Below, in pieces: positions 1-8,974 of a stretch of DNA of 39,903 bases (its first letter is position 1; every line of letters starts with the position of its first letter). Origin of the DNA: a virus (lineage: Duplodnaviria; Heunggongvirae; Uroviricota; Caudoviricetes); IMG/VR virus record IMGVR_UViG_2654587728_000015, one strand, 5' to 3'. Below the pieces are notes generated by a model. It was not told where the DNA came from and searched no databases. It was given only the letters and a program-made list of their open reading frames with translations. The translations under genes were made by a program, and so were the position numbers.

Positions 1-8
1 AAGAAATT

Positions 9-37
9 GGGCTTCCACCTGGGAAGCCCTTTCTTTT
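9..37. terminator. Hairpin terminator downstream of pspG (GGGCTTCC-loop-GGAAGCCC followed by TTTCTTTT), likely bidirectional
   Basis: Perfect 8-bp GC-rich inverted repeat with T-rich flank read directly; lies 3' of pspG. Confidence 0.5.
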
Positions 38-164
38 ATAGTTCGGCTGTATGTAGGGTACAGCTCGATGAATTTGTTTGACACGCAATAGTGACAGATT
101 TGATTATCAATTCCTATTTTGTTCTAAGGATAAAACCTTAGGTTGTGATCATCCGCACAATCCC

Positions 165-407
165 TTAGTAACGCCAGCGGTCATAACGCTGATATTTCGG
201 CACTTTTGGTGCTTTTATCGCCCTGATCACCCACACCACCGCAACCGCCAACAGCAGCCACGGCAGCAACTTAATCATCAATGCCAGCATACCGCCGAGG
301 AACATAAAGGCCGTCGCCACAATCAGCGCGGCGATAATACCCAGCAACGAAACACCGGTGACCATCAGCATGACAAAAAAGCCAATTACAAAAAGTAGTT
401 CCAGCAT
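165..407 (-). CDS. pspG: Phage shock protein G (host gene)
   Basis: C-terminal 80 aa of ORF 165..617 (MLELLFVIGFF...KYQRYDRWRY) is a small two-TM protein matching PspG; genomic neighbour of dusA as in E. coli; start taken at internal ATG 407. Confidence 0.85.
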   Translation of the reverse strand: MLELLFVIGFFVMLMVTGVSLLGIIAALIVATAFMFLGGMLALMIKLLPWLLLAVAVVWVIRAIKAPKVPKYQRYDRWRY

Positions 408-440
408 GATGCTCTCCCAAATATGAAATCTCTTGCTGGC

Positions 441-458
441 ATTACAAGAATCATGCCA
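441..458 (-). promoter_or_regulatory. Candidate sigma-54 type promoter for pspG (TGGCAT-N4-CTTGT on minus strand)
   Basis: Near-consensus -24 GG / -12 element about 35 nt upstream of the pspG ATG; pspG is known to be PspF/sigma-54 dependent. Confidence 0.35.
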
Positions 459-480
459 AAAATAATCTATTGATTTAACA

Positions 481-502
481 GCAAAACGCCCCGCGACGGG
501 GC
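481..502 (-). terminator. Candidate terminator hairpin after dusA (GCCCCG-loop-CGGGGC then GTTTTG)
   Basis: 6-bp GC stem followed by short U-run on minus strand, about 40 nt 3' of dusA stop. Confidence 0.35.
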
Positions 503-540
503 GCAGGGCGTGGTGAATTTGACTACTTTTTGGTGAAAAG

Positions 541-1578
541 TTAACGCTTATCCGCCACCAGTTTGAGCGCGTGTTCCAGCACATTAATGTCTGCACCCGC
601 TTTATGGGCATTTTCACTTAAATAACGCCGCCACTGCCGCGCGCCAGGAATACCCTGGAACAAGCCCAGCATATGCCGGGTAATATGGCCGAGATACGTA
701 CCCTGGCTGAGTTCACGCTCAATGTACGGATACATGGCGCGCACTACCGCCACCGGATCAGCATCAGTATCCGAGGAACCAAAAATCTCTCGGTCTACCG
801 CCGCCAGAATACCCGGATTCTGATACGCCTCGCGCCCGACCATCACGCCATCCATATGTTGCAAATGCGCTTTAGCTTCTTCCAGCGACTTGATACCACC
901 GTTAATCGACATCGTCAGATGCGGAAAGTCACGCTTCAGTTGATACACACGCGGATAATCGAGCGGCGGGATCTCACGGTTTTCTTTCGGACTTAACCCA
1001 GAAAGCCAGGCTTTACGTGCGTGGATGATGAACATCTCACACTCACCTTTGCCGGAAACGGTGTTGATGAAATCGCAGAGAAATTCATAGCTGTCCTGAT
1101 CATCGATGCCAATACGCGTTTTCACCGTCACCGGAATCGACACCACATCGCGCATCGCTTTCACGCAGTCGGCAACCAGCTGCGCATTACCCATCAGACA
1201 CGCACCAAACATGCCGTTCTGCACCCGGTCAGACGGGCAGCCGACATTCAGGTTGATCTCATCGTATCCACGCGCTTCTGCCAGCTTCGCACACTGTGCC
1301 AGCGCCGCCGGATCGCTACCCCCGAGTTGCAACGCTACCGGATGTTCTTCTTCACTGTACGCCAGGTAATCACCTTTACCGTGAATAATCGCCCCTGTGG
1401 TCACCATTTCGGTATACAGCAACGTATTGCGGGAAAGCAGACGCAAGAAATAACGGCAATGTCTGTCCGTCCAGTCGAGCATAGGAGCAATGCTAAACCG
1501 AGAATTCCAGTAAACACCAGTTTTTTCAGGCATCACGCTGGTTTGATTAATTTTTTGTGTTTCATGATTATCGTGCAT
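541..1578 (-). CDS. dusA: tRNA-dihydrouridine synthase A (host gene; 5' end is the known target of DusA-associated integrases)
   Basis: 345-aa ORF with Dus family motifs ([31 protein letters not shown]); divergent integrase immediately upstream. Confidence 0.9.
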   Translation of the reverse strand: MHDNHETQKINQTSVMPEKTGVYWNSRFSIAPMLDWTDRHCRYFLRLLSRNTLLYTEMVTTGAIIHGKGDYLAYSEEEHPVALQLGGSDPAALAQCAKLAEARGYDEINLNVGCPSDRVQNGMFGACLMGNAQLVADCVKAMRDVVSIPVTVKTRIGIDDQDSYEFLCDFINTVSGKGECEMFIIHARKAWLSGLSPKENREIPPLDYPRVYQLKRDFPHLTMSINGGIKSLEEAKAHLQHMDGVMVGREAYQNPGILAAVDREIFGSSDTDADPVAVVRAMYPYIERELSQGTYLGHITRHMLGLFQGIPGARQWRRYLSENAHKAGADINVLEHALKLVADKR

Positions 1579-1610
1579 TTTTGAACATTTCAGGCTATTT
1601 TTCTCGCGTT

Positions 1611-1646
1611 AGGTTCCCGCTCAGGTTCCCACGTTTTATGGGAACC
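1611..1646. promoter_or_regulatory. Three copies of GGTTCCC (two direct, one inverted) between dusA start and int start; candidate integrase-binding or int-promoter control sites within the attL region
   Basis: Motif copies at ~1612, ~1624 and inverted at ~1640, read directly. Confidence 0.3.
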
Positions 1647-1666
1647 CGAAATAACGAGGTCGTGTA

Positions 1667-2764
1667 ATGGCGTACTATAACATAGAGAAACGACTAAAAT
1701 CCGATGGCACACCACGCTATCGCTGTAATGTGATTATCAAAGAAAAAGGTGTTATCACTTACAGGGAAAGCAAAACATTCCCTAAACATGCTCATGCCAA
1801 AACATGGGGCACACAGAAAGTGATGGAATTAGATCTATATGGCATTCCATCATCAAATGCAGTTGACGGACTTACAGTCCGTGACTTACTACACAAATAT
1901 TTAAATGACCCAAATGCCGGAGGTAAAGCAGGCCGTACTAAAAGATATGTGCTGGAACTGCTTATGGATAGTGACATCTCCGCGATCAAACTATCTGAAC
2001 TGACAGAAAATGACGTAATTGAACATTGCAGGCTAAGAAACAACGCTGGCGCAGGTCCAGCAACAGTCAGCCACGATGTTAGTTATCTTGGCAGTGTTCT
2101 GGATGCGGCCAAACCTGTATACGGAATTAATTACACATCAAACCCGGCGAAAAGTGCTCGTCCATATCTACTTAAACTTGGTTTGATTGGTAAATCAAAC
2201 CGTCGTAATCGTAGACCAGCATCTGATGAACTGGACATGCTCATTGAAGGCCTTCAACAACGATCTACTCATAAATGCTCAAAAATTCCGTTCGTTGATA
2301 TCCTCAAATTTTCTGTGTGGTCCTGTATGCGAATCGGAGAAGTATGCCGGTTACGATGGGAAGATCTCGACCAGGAACAAAAATCTATACTCGTAAGAGA
2401 CAGGAAAGATCCACGCAAAAAGGAAGGCAACCACATGAAAGTAGCCTTGCTTGGGGAAGCCTGGGATATCGTCCAACGACAGCCCAAAAAATCGGAATTC
2501 ATTTTTCCATATAACAGCACTTCTGTTACTGCGGGATTTCAGAGGGTAAGAAGCAAATTAGGTATTAAGGATCTGCGATACCATGATTTGCGTAGAGAAG
2601 GGGCAAGTCGCTTATTTGAGGCTGGTTTTAGTATTGAGGAAGTAGCCCAGGTTACAGGGCATCGTTCATTAAACGTGCTATGGCAGGTATATACCGAACT
2701 GTATCCGAAATCTTTACATAATCGTTTTGAAGAGCTCCAAAGGAGCAGAAATAAGACCCCTTGA
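1667..2764 (+). CDS. int: Tyrosine-type site-specific integrase (DusA-associated integrase family likely)
   Basis: 365-aa ORF; C-terminal catalytic region with R...HDLRR...GHRS...Y pattern; located at prophage end divergent from dusA; SD ACGAGG 7 nt upstream of ATG. Confidence 0.85.
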   Translation: MAYYNIEKRLKSDGTPRYRCNVIIKEKGVITYRESKTFPKHAHAKTWGTQKVMELDLYGIPSSNAVDGLTVRDLLHKYLNDPNAGGKAGRTKRYVLELLMDSDISAIKLSELTENDVIEHCRLRNNAGAGPATVSHDVSYLGSVLDAAKPVYGINYTSNPAKSARPYLLKLGLIGKSNRRNRRPASDELDMLIEGLQQRSTHKCSKIPFVDILKFSVWSCMRIGEVCRLRWEDLDQEQKSILVRDRKDPRKKEGNHMKVALLGEAWDIVQRQPKKSEFIFPYNSTSVTAGFQRVRSKLGIKDLRYHDLRREGASRLFEAGFSIEEVAQVTGHRSLNVLWQVYTELYPKSLHNRFEELQRSRNKTP

Positions 2765-2812
2765 CACTGTTTATCCATACAGTTAAAAATAATACTGTAT
2801 ACAAACACAGTA
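2761..2812 (+). promoter_or_regulatory. SOS-regulated promoter: -35 TTGACA followed by two tandem LexA boxes (CTGT-N8-ACAG) upstream of dinI-like gene
   Basis: CACTGTTTATCCATACAGTT (~2765..2784) and TACTGTATACAAACACAGTA (~2793..2812) both fit LexA box consensus TACTGT(AT)4ACAGTA. Confidence 0.7.
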
Positions 2813-2825
2813 TAGAGGGACTTTT

Positions 2826-3074
2826 ATGCGTATTGAAATCTGCATAGCCAAAGAAAAAATGACTAAAATGCCAACCGGTGCTGTGGATGCGTTAAAGGAA
2901 GAATTAACCCGACGCATCAGTAAACGTTATGACGATGTAGAGGTGATCGTAAAAGCCACCAGCAACGATGGCCTTTCTGTTACACGCACCGCAGATAAGG
3001 ATTCTGCAAAAACTTTTGTTCAGGAGACTCTGAAAGATACCTGGGAATCTGCTGACGAGTGGTTTGTTCACTAA
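2826..3074 (+). CDS. dinI: DinI-like DNA-damage-inducible protein
   Basis: 82-aa protein with conserved DinI C-terminal motif ([15 protein letters not shown]); LexA boxes upstream; SD AGAGGGA. Confidence 0.8.
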   Translation: MRIEICIAKEKMTKMPTGAVDALKEELTRRISKRYDDVEVIVKATSNDGLSVTRTADKDSAKTFVQETLKDTWESADEWFVH

Positions 3075-3217
3075 TTAACACGTAAAATCGGTAACGGCTG
3101 GAAATCATTCAATAATCGCACTATCGAAAGTTCGCCAGCCAGCCGCAGCACGTTCTTGCATACGACGTGGCTGCGGCTTCCAACATTAGACAAATAACTC
3201 TTTAAATTGCTTTTAAA

Positions 3218-3781
3218 TTATTTCGTTTGAATGCCAGTAACAGGAAATCGTTTATATAGGGTTGATAGCCCAACGTTATAGATACGTGCAACATAACGCC
3301 GTGATTTCCCTGCCGCTATGAGCGCTCCCATCTGTTGCCACTGCTCGTCGCTAAACTTCGGTCTACGCCCACCAATCCGGCCTTTGGATCTGGCAATAGC
3401 CAAACCAGCTAAAGTTCGCTCGCTATTCAAATCAGATTCATACTGCGCAGCAGAAAGAATATTACGGAAATTATAGCGACCACTTGCTGTTTTCAGGTCT
3501 ACGCCATCTGTAATACTCCGAAAATTAACACCTTTTTCGTGCAGATTTTGAAACATCAATAGCGCATGCAGCACATTTCTCCCTATCCGATCTAACTTCC
3601 AGACAATCAACTCATCTCCACTTTTCATCACCGTAATTAATTCCTTTAACACAGGGCGATTAGCTGTTCTGCCACTGGCATATTCTTCATAAATTCGCTC
3701 ACAGCCAGCTGACTCAAGTGCAAGACGTTGCAACTCTGTATCCTGATGATTTGTTGATACACGAACATACCCGTAAATCAT
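3218..3781 (-). CDS. Serine recombinase, DNA invertase of the Gin/Pin/Hin family
   Basis: 187-aa ORF starting YGYVRVSTNHQDTELQ with catalytic serine, resolvase core and C-terminal HTH (VGLSTLYKRF); position after tail fibre and tfa as in Mu gin / e14 pinE. Confidence 0.9.
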   Translation of the reverse strand: MIYGYVRVSTNHQDTELQRLALESAGCERIYEEYASGRTANRPVLKELITVMKSGDELIVWKLDRIGRNVLHALLMFQNLHEKGVNFRSITDGVDLKTASGRYNFRNILSAAQYESDLNSERTLAGLAIARSKGRIGGRRPKFSDEQWQQMGALIAAGKSRRYVARIYNVGLSTLYKRFPVTGIQTK

Positions 3782-3786
3782 GAGTG

Positions 3787-3813
3787 CTTCTCCTGTTGTA
3801 AAAACAGGAGAAG
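3787..3813 (-). promoter_or_regulatory. Perfect 10-bp hairpin (CTTCTCCTGT/ACAGGAGAAG) whose 3' arm contains the invertase Shine-Dalgarno; candidate translational sequestration element
   Basis: Inverted repeat read directly; AGGAG lies inside the stem, ~8 nt upstream of invertase ATG; no U-tract after the stem. Confidence 0.35.
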
Positions 3814-3949
3814 AGGCGAAATATCACCTGATTCAGAAAAATATTTCAAAGGTTCGTTTCGAACAGGAGGAGTAGCGGAGGGCTATGTTGCTTAGTTTGA
3901 AAATAGCTGGTCTTGCTGATGCGCATTGATGTAGCAAGACCAGTATGGT

Positions 3950-4318
3950 TTAAAGTTCCGGGATGACAGGCCAGTTAACATGCTCAGGGTCGGTTGTTAC
4001 ATCAACAGCCTTAACCTGATTCTTATATAAAAGCCACGCCGAAAGTTTAGCTCTGTTGGCATCGCTGATTTCACCCAGCATCAGCTCTGTGCGCCAGTCG
4101 AGCATAATTGCATCAGCGGCGGACAGTAATCGCTGTCGCTCATTTTCAGCAGCCTGGATGAGTTGTTCATGAGTCGGTGGGGGATTAATAATTGCCATAG
4201 CCTCACTTCTGGTGATTGGCACAAGCCCTTCTTTGATAAAAGCATCCTGTGTGCCATACGCATCGTAGGCATATACGACGTTATTTTCATCTTTGTAATG
4301 CTTCATCATTGTTATCAT
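3950..4318 (-). CDS. Tail fibre assembly protein (Tfa/U-like chaperone)
   Basis: 122-aa ORF with Tfa motifs ([11 protein letters not shown]...PTHEQL...[16 protein letters not shown]); ATGA start/stop overlap with tail-fibre gene. Confidence 0.85.
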   Translation of the reverse strand: MITMMKHYKDENNVVYAYDAYGTQDAFIKEGLVPITRSEAMAIINPPPTHEQLIQAAENERQRLLSAADAIMLDWRTELMLGEISDANRAKLSAWLLYKNQVKAVDVTTDPEHVNWPVIPEL

Positions 4319-5295
4319 TTTTTATCCACCTCTACCCAGGTAACATCTGACACTGTTCCTGAAAACTGCTGCACAATATAGGTCGCACCGGCAGGAACCA
4401 TGAATGCGATAGTTGCTCTTTGCCCTGCAAGATTTGTTGTCTGAGAGCCGCGAAAATTAGCCGAATTACCATCCACATTAACGTTGGCGCTCAGAAATGA
4501 ACTACCGTCAGACAGCACCGCATTGACGCTTACAAATATGGCGAAAGACTGGCTGTTGGTGTATACGACACCGAGATTTCTAGATTTCATTCCGCATTGA
4601 CCAAACAACCCTTTCATATCTGAATAGTTTTGTGATGCAGCAAGTGATGATGCAGCAACACCAGATTCCGTCGATGTTCTGGAATCAGATACGCGGATAA
4701 TTCCCTTGTTTGTTGGGGTCGCATCATTGGTCTTGCCTTGCAACGCCTGTATATCCGCATAATTCATCGCTGCCGCTTTTGCTGTTGCAGCAAGCGTTTC
4801 AGATTCGGATACCCTTGATGATGTAAGTTGAACAATTCCTTTCTGTGTCGTAGTTGAATCCTGAGTTTTGTTTTGCAAAGATTTTATGTCCGTATAGTTT
4901 TGCGCGACAGCATTAGCTGTGGCTGCAATATCCTCTGCACCCGATACCCGCGATGACGTTAACCGGACTAAACCCACCTGTGTTGTTGATGCGTTTTTAA
5001 TACCAAGGTTTTCGAGAGCCGTTTTCACCGTGCCATCCGATTTGATATCACCAAACGGATTCTTGCGGCTTAACAGCAGCGCACGAAGCGCGGTAAGCAG
5101 CTGATCGTGCCGCGCCTTCTCCAGACTGGCACCGGATGCCTCCACCACGCTGCAAAGCTCCTCCTGCAACATGTCAAAGTAGTCATCATCCAGATCGGTG
5201 GCAGGCGTGCCGGTCTGGGGGTTACCACGGGTAAAACCGTTCTTACCCGCGCCGAACTTATCCTTCTGCGCGGTTTTCGTGTCTATACGATGCAT
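4315..5295 (-). CDS. Tail fibre protein (Mu S / e14 Stf-like)
   Basis: 326-aa ORF between gp48-like gene and tfa; internal tandem repeats; C-terminus typical of side tail fibres. Confidence 0.8.
   Translation of the reverse strand: MHRIDTKTAQKDKFGAGKNGFTRGNPQTGTPATDLDDDYFDMLQEELCSVVEASGASLEKARHDQLLTALRALLLSRKNPFGDIKSDGTVKTALENLGIKNASTTQVGLVRLTSSRVSGAEDIAATANAVAQNYTDIKSLQNKTQDSTTTQKGIVQLTSSRVSESETLAATAKAAAMNYADIQALQGKTNDATPTNKGIIRVSDSRTSTESGVAASSLAASQNYSDMKGLFGQCGMKSRNLGVVYTNSQSFAIFVSVNAVLSDGSSFLSANVNVDGNSANFRGSQTTNLAGQRATIAFMVPAGATYIVQQFSGTVSDVTWVEVDKK
4606..4989 (-). repeat. Three diverged tandem ~40-aa coding repeats inside the tail-fibre gene
   Basis: Repeated units [38 protein letters not shown] / [38 protein letters not shown] / [34 protein letters not shown]. 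Confidence 0.7.
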
Positions 5296-5298
5296 GGA

Positions 5299-5886
5299 TT
5301 ACTCCGGATATTTAAAAATTACGTAGGTATGCGACGGGCAGAGTTTGTTAAGCACACACTCGACAACGGTGTCGCCCCAGATACGCAGTGCGGAATCACA
5401 GGGATCGCCACATGTCATCCAGGTGGTGTTGGTGGTGGTGGTTGGCATGTTGACCTGCCAGTAATACCGCCATTCCGGCGCATTCACCGCGTCAGTACAG
5501 GCCGATGAGCAGGTGAACGTGCTTTTGTCGTATCGCGTGATGGTGGCATCTGGTCTGCCCAGGGCAGCAAGCTGTGCAAGATAAAAATCCTCGTTGATGC
5601 CGCCCGCCAGGTTAACCTTCGCATCCAGCCGTTGCTGACGCTGGCGAAGGGTCTGCGTTCCCGCCGGAATACATTCATCCGGCAGACCGCACAGACGCTC
5701 CCAGCGGTTTATCAGTTCAGTGGTGGTGCGCGGATCCAGCTCCCGCATCAGGGCATCCGCACGCTGATGAGCGCGGGTTAATGACGGTGCCGCACCGGCA
5801 ATCGCCGGATCGCTGGCTGACCACGCCGGACCGGGGGGCAACAGTGCCGACAACAGACGGATGTAATCATCGTTTGTCACGTCCAT
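5299..5886 (-). CDS. Tail protein, Mu gp48 / e14 YmfQ-like (DUF2313)
   Basis: 195-aa ORF; position between baseplate J and tail fibre exactly as in Mu/e14. Confidence 0.7.
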   Translation of the reverse strand: MDVTNDDYIRLLSALLPPGPAWSASDPAIAGAAPSLTRAHQRADALMRELDPRTTTELINRWERLCGLPDECIPAGTQTLRQRQQRLDAKVNLAGGINEDFYLAQLAALGRPDATITRYDKSTFTCSSACTDAVNAPEWRYYWQVNMPTTTTNTTWMTCGDPCDSALRIWGDTVVECVLNKLCPSHTYVIFKYPE

Positions 5887-6935
5887 GAAATCGTCCCCAG
5901 TACCGCCAGTTCATTTTTTGCAATGGAGATATTGTCTGCCGGTGCAAGCAACTGATGGCTGTATTCCCCGTTCGCACCGGAAATCGCTTCACTGATACGT
6001 GACACCTTCAGTTCTCCCTGCGGATAACCATCACGCAGCAGGAACGAACGCAACTCCGCGGTAATGGCAGCCCGTATTTCCGGTGTGTCCGGCGTCACGC
6101 GGATATGAAAATCCACCGTATGTGCCACCGGCCTGAATACATACAAATCAGAGCCTGCCACCGGGGCCAGTGGCCCGATATGTTGTCTTGCTGCCGTTTC
6201 CGTTGATTCTTCCGGAATGGGATTAATCAGGTCACTGCTGGCAATCATCACACCGACAGTTCCCGTTCCCATCCAGTGACGGTATGTCCATGCGCGGGTA
6301 ATGCCGGGCACTTCTTTAGCCCAGACGACATAGTCCCCGTCAGCCCCGCCCTGCGGCGTCCAGTAATACCGCTCAATGACGCGGGCGCGCCACGTTTCCA
6401 GCTCTTCAGTATCAAATCCGCCTGTCAGGGTGTCAGCCACACCGGAAGACGGCAGACCATTCACCGGCGTGACCAGGATTAATGCCGTACCGTCGTCAGC
6501 GTTACCGACCGCGCCTGTAGTTGAGCAAGTGATCGGCACACGCAGGACACCACCAGTGCTGGTTGCATCGGCAGTTGCCGTGTACTGAACCAGGTCATCG
6601 CGCTGAATAACACTCCCGGCGGTCACCTTCAGGCCATCGCTGACACCTTCCCAGCGCATATACCCGCTGGCAGCCGTGGCCCCCTTGCGCGGACACCGTT
6701 TCATCGCAGCATGTCGCGCCAGCCAGGACTCATCGCACAGGTCAGGCAGCATATTCATTGCCAGATAATCGATGTACCCGTAAACCGTATGCAGCGCCGC
6801 CGCATACACCTTTGCCCGCACGTCTTCATCCATGCGCCGGAGCGTGTCGCTGACGTCCAGCCTGGCGAATAAATCGTTACGGAGCATACTGATATTTTCT
6901 GCCAGCGTCGGGCGCTGAAATTCACTGTCCGCCAT
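5877..6935 (-). CDS. Baseplate J-like protein (Mu gp47-like)
   Basis: 352-aa ORF; gene order and size match baseplate wedge J family. Confidence 0.75.
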   Translation of the reverse strand: MADSEFQRPTLAENISMLRNDLFARLDVSDTLRRMDEDVRAKVYAAALHTVYGYIDYLAMNMLPDLCDESWLARHAAMKRCPRKGATAASGYMRWEGVSDGLKVTAGSVIQRDDLVQYTATADATSTGGVLRVPITCSTTGAVGNADDGTALILVTPVNGLPSSGVADTLTGGFDTEELETWRARVIERYYWTPQGGADGDYVVWAKEVPGITRAWTYRHWMGTGTVGVMIASSDLINPIPEESTETAARQHIGPLAPVAGSDLYVFRPVAHTVDFHIRVTPDTPEIRAAITAELRSFLLRDGYPQGELKVSRISEAISGANGEYSHQLLAPADNISIAKNELAVLGTISWT

Positions 6936-7350
6936 GCGTTATCGCACTCCACAGATCATCAAAAGAAATCATTACCGGTCCGTCACGACGCCAGAGAGTG
7001 ATACTGTTACCCAGTTCATTAATCCCGGTGCGGCGGATATCCAGATCAATACGGGACACCACGCCGTCATCAATCATCCATTGCAGGCATTCGCGGATAT
7101 ACCCCCTTACCGTCTGCACCAGCTGATTGGTCAGTTTGCTGCGCTGAAGCAGCCACAGTCGGGAGCCGTAACGGTCATTCTGTACCGCAGGCCAGGTATC
7201 CCCCCACCATCCCATCGGGACGTCGGCATTGTCATCAGGTTCAGCCCGCCGCCAGGTGAACAGGGAAATCACCACGGCACGGGTCAGCGGATCCAGCGGT
7301 GCGCTGGCGCAGGTGCGTTTACCGTTCACCGTCAGCCACAGTTCCATCAT
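6922..7350 (-). CDS. Baseplate protein (Mu gp46-like)
   Basis: 142-aa ORF in conserved position between gp45-like and J-like genes. Confidence 0.65.
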   Translation of the reverse strand: MMELWLTVNGKRTCASAPLDPLTRAVVISLFTWRRAEPDDNADVPMGWWGDTWPAVQNDRYGSRLWLLQRSKLTNQLVQTVRGYIRECLQWMIDDGVVSRIDLDIRRTGINELGNSITLWRRDGPVMISFDDLWSAITHGGQ

Positions 7351-7895
7351 GCCTCCATCGCTTTATCAGGTTTGTCGGTGTTACTGCCCTGACCGTTCTC
7401 TCTGTGACGATGCCCGTTATAGGCAAGCCGCATCGCTGACATGGTGGTGCCGCTGGAGTCGCACAGGTCTTTCACCTGTCCGGTCACTTCCAGGTCCATT
7501 TCAAAACGAGCCTTAGGCGCATTGCGAAACGTGATCGTTTTACCTGCACCGTCCACCACGATCCCCTCCCGGGTCAGCGTCACGGACTGCCCCTGATCGT
7601 CATAGACAGCCACCTCACCCGTCTGCAGCCCTTTCAGGCGGTAGCGCCGGTCCGACACCGTAACAACCACCGCATGAGAACGGTCGCCATCCGGAAACAA
7701 CACCACCGCTTCCGCACCGCTGTTTGCCCTTGAGGTAAAACCGTAGGGTTCAAGATGTTCAACCCCGGCTTTGGGTTCACCGGCAATCAGAGACACATCC
7801 ACGGTCTGACATTTCGTGGCGGCACTGATGCTTTTCACCACTGCCCGCCCAATCAGGCCGAGGAGTTGTCGCTGCATGGCTTCAATCGTCCTCAT
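7347..7895 (-). CDS. Baseplate assembly/spike protein (Mu gp45 / gpV-like)
   Basis: 182-aa ORF in conserved position after baseplate hub gene. Confidence 0.65.
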   Translation of the reverse strand: MRTIEAMQRQLLGLIGRAVVKSISAATKCQTVDVSLIAGEPKAGVEHLEPYGFTSRANSGAEAVVLFPDGDRSHAVVVTVSDRRYRLKGLQTGEVAVYDDQGQSVTLTREGIVVDGAGKTITFRNAPKARFEMDLEVTGQVKDLCDSSGTTMSAMRLAYNGHRHRENGQGSNTDKPDKAMEA

Positions 7896-8974
7896 CAGAA
7901 CGGGTCCTCCTGTACTCTGGCTTTTTTCTTTTTCCGCGCGCCGGGGGCTTCGGGTTCAGGCAGATAAGCATCAGGTGGGCCGACACGGATTTCCGTCAGG
8001 GTGCCGTTCTGGTCCTGAGTAAACGTGACTTCCGAAACAAGCAGTTCGGTATTGTCGAAACCACAGACCGGATCGAAGACAATCACCCGCTGGTTGGGCT
8101 GCCACAGCGTACCGTTACCCTGTCGCCAGCCCTGCACCACATAGGTGGTTTCATCCGTCCGCGCCGCCCGTTGTCGGGCTTCAAAGTCAGCACGCGCAAT
8201 ACAGCCTGCCCCCGTGGCCTGCCCTGTCTGCCTGATATACATCGGACGGTAACGGGCAATAAATGCGTCCTCTGTGCGGGCCCGCAGCGCGGTGGTGGTG
8301 GCCTCACCGAAATCATCGTCGTTTCCGGCACGCTGCCCCGCCACCTGGTAAACAGAAAACCGCTCCCGGATACTCTTCTCCGTATCGCAGGAAAGGATGT
8401 TTTCCCCGAGTACCAGCGCGGTATGTGCCCGCGTTGAGCCAATACCGCCAATCACCAGCCTGCCGTGCGGGTCGTCGTAAGCCAGTGCCTGCTGCTGACC
8501 GAGTATTTTGTTGATCACCTCAATCACCGTTTCGCCGTGATCGGGCTGGACGTCAGGAATAACACCCGACGGCGCACCGTTGTTCACCACCTCAATGCCG
8601 AAAGGCGCAGCAAGCGCCTGCGCTATCTGTACCAGCGATCGTCCGTTAAACTGTGTCGGTTCGGCTGCACAGTCAATCAGGTCAGCGGTCAGACTGCGTC
8701 CGGCAATACCGGTGCTGACCGAACGGGCATCGTAACGAACGGGCGTCGCCTCCACCCAGCCGGTGATCACCAGCTCATCACCAATCAGCACCTCCACTTT
8801 TGAACCGTTTTTAATGCGCGGCTGAAGCGTGGTGATACCCTCATCTCCCGGCCACTGGCGAGTGATCTCCACACTGAAATCCCGCGCCAGCCGTTCAATA
8901 CCGGCACCGATGCGCACCGATGTCCAGCCATTCCACTCCCGGCCATTTACCCGTAGCGTGACATTGTCGTTCAT
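7895..8974 (-). CDS. Baseplate hub / late control D-like tail protein (Mu gp44-like)
   Basis: 359-aa ORF following DNA-circulation-like gene; order as in Mu. Confidence 0.7.
   Translation of the reverse strand: MNDNVTLRVNGREWNGWTSVRIGAGIERLARDFSVEITRQWPGDEGITTLQPRIKNGSKVEVLIGDELVITGWVEATPVRYDARSVSTGIAGRSLTADLIDCAAEPTQFNGRSLVQIAQALAAPFGIEVVNNGAPSGVIPDVQPDHGETVIEVINKILGQQQALAYDDPHGRLVIGGIGSTRAHTALVLGENILSCDTEKSIRERFSVYQVAGQRAGNDDDFGEATTTALRARTEDAFIARYRPMYIRQTGQATGAGCIARADFEARQRAARTDETTYVVQGWRQGNGTLWQPNQRVIVFDPVCGFDNTELLVSEVTFTQDQNGTLTEIRVGPPDAYLPEPEAPGARKKKKARVQEDPF

Noticed and set aside
78-398. Plus-strand 106-aa ORF overlapping pspG
   Set aside because: Antisense to a well-supported host gene, histidine/glutamine-rich low-complexity translation, no RBS; frame-overlap artefact
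3787-3813. Hairpin upstream of the invertase considered as a gix/hix crossover site
   Set aside because: Lacks the conserved AAACC/GGTTT core of Gin/Hin-family sites and no matching inverted partner was found; more consistent with an RBS-sequestering hairpin
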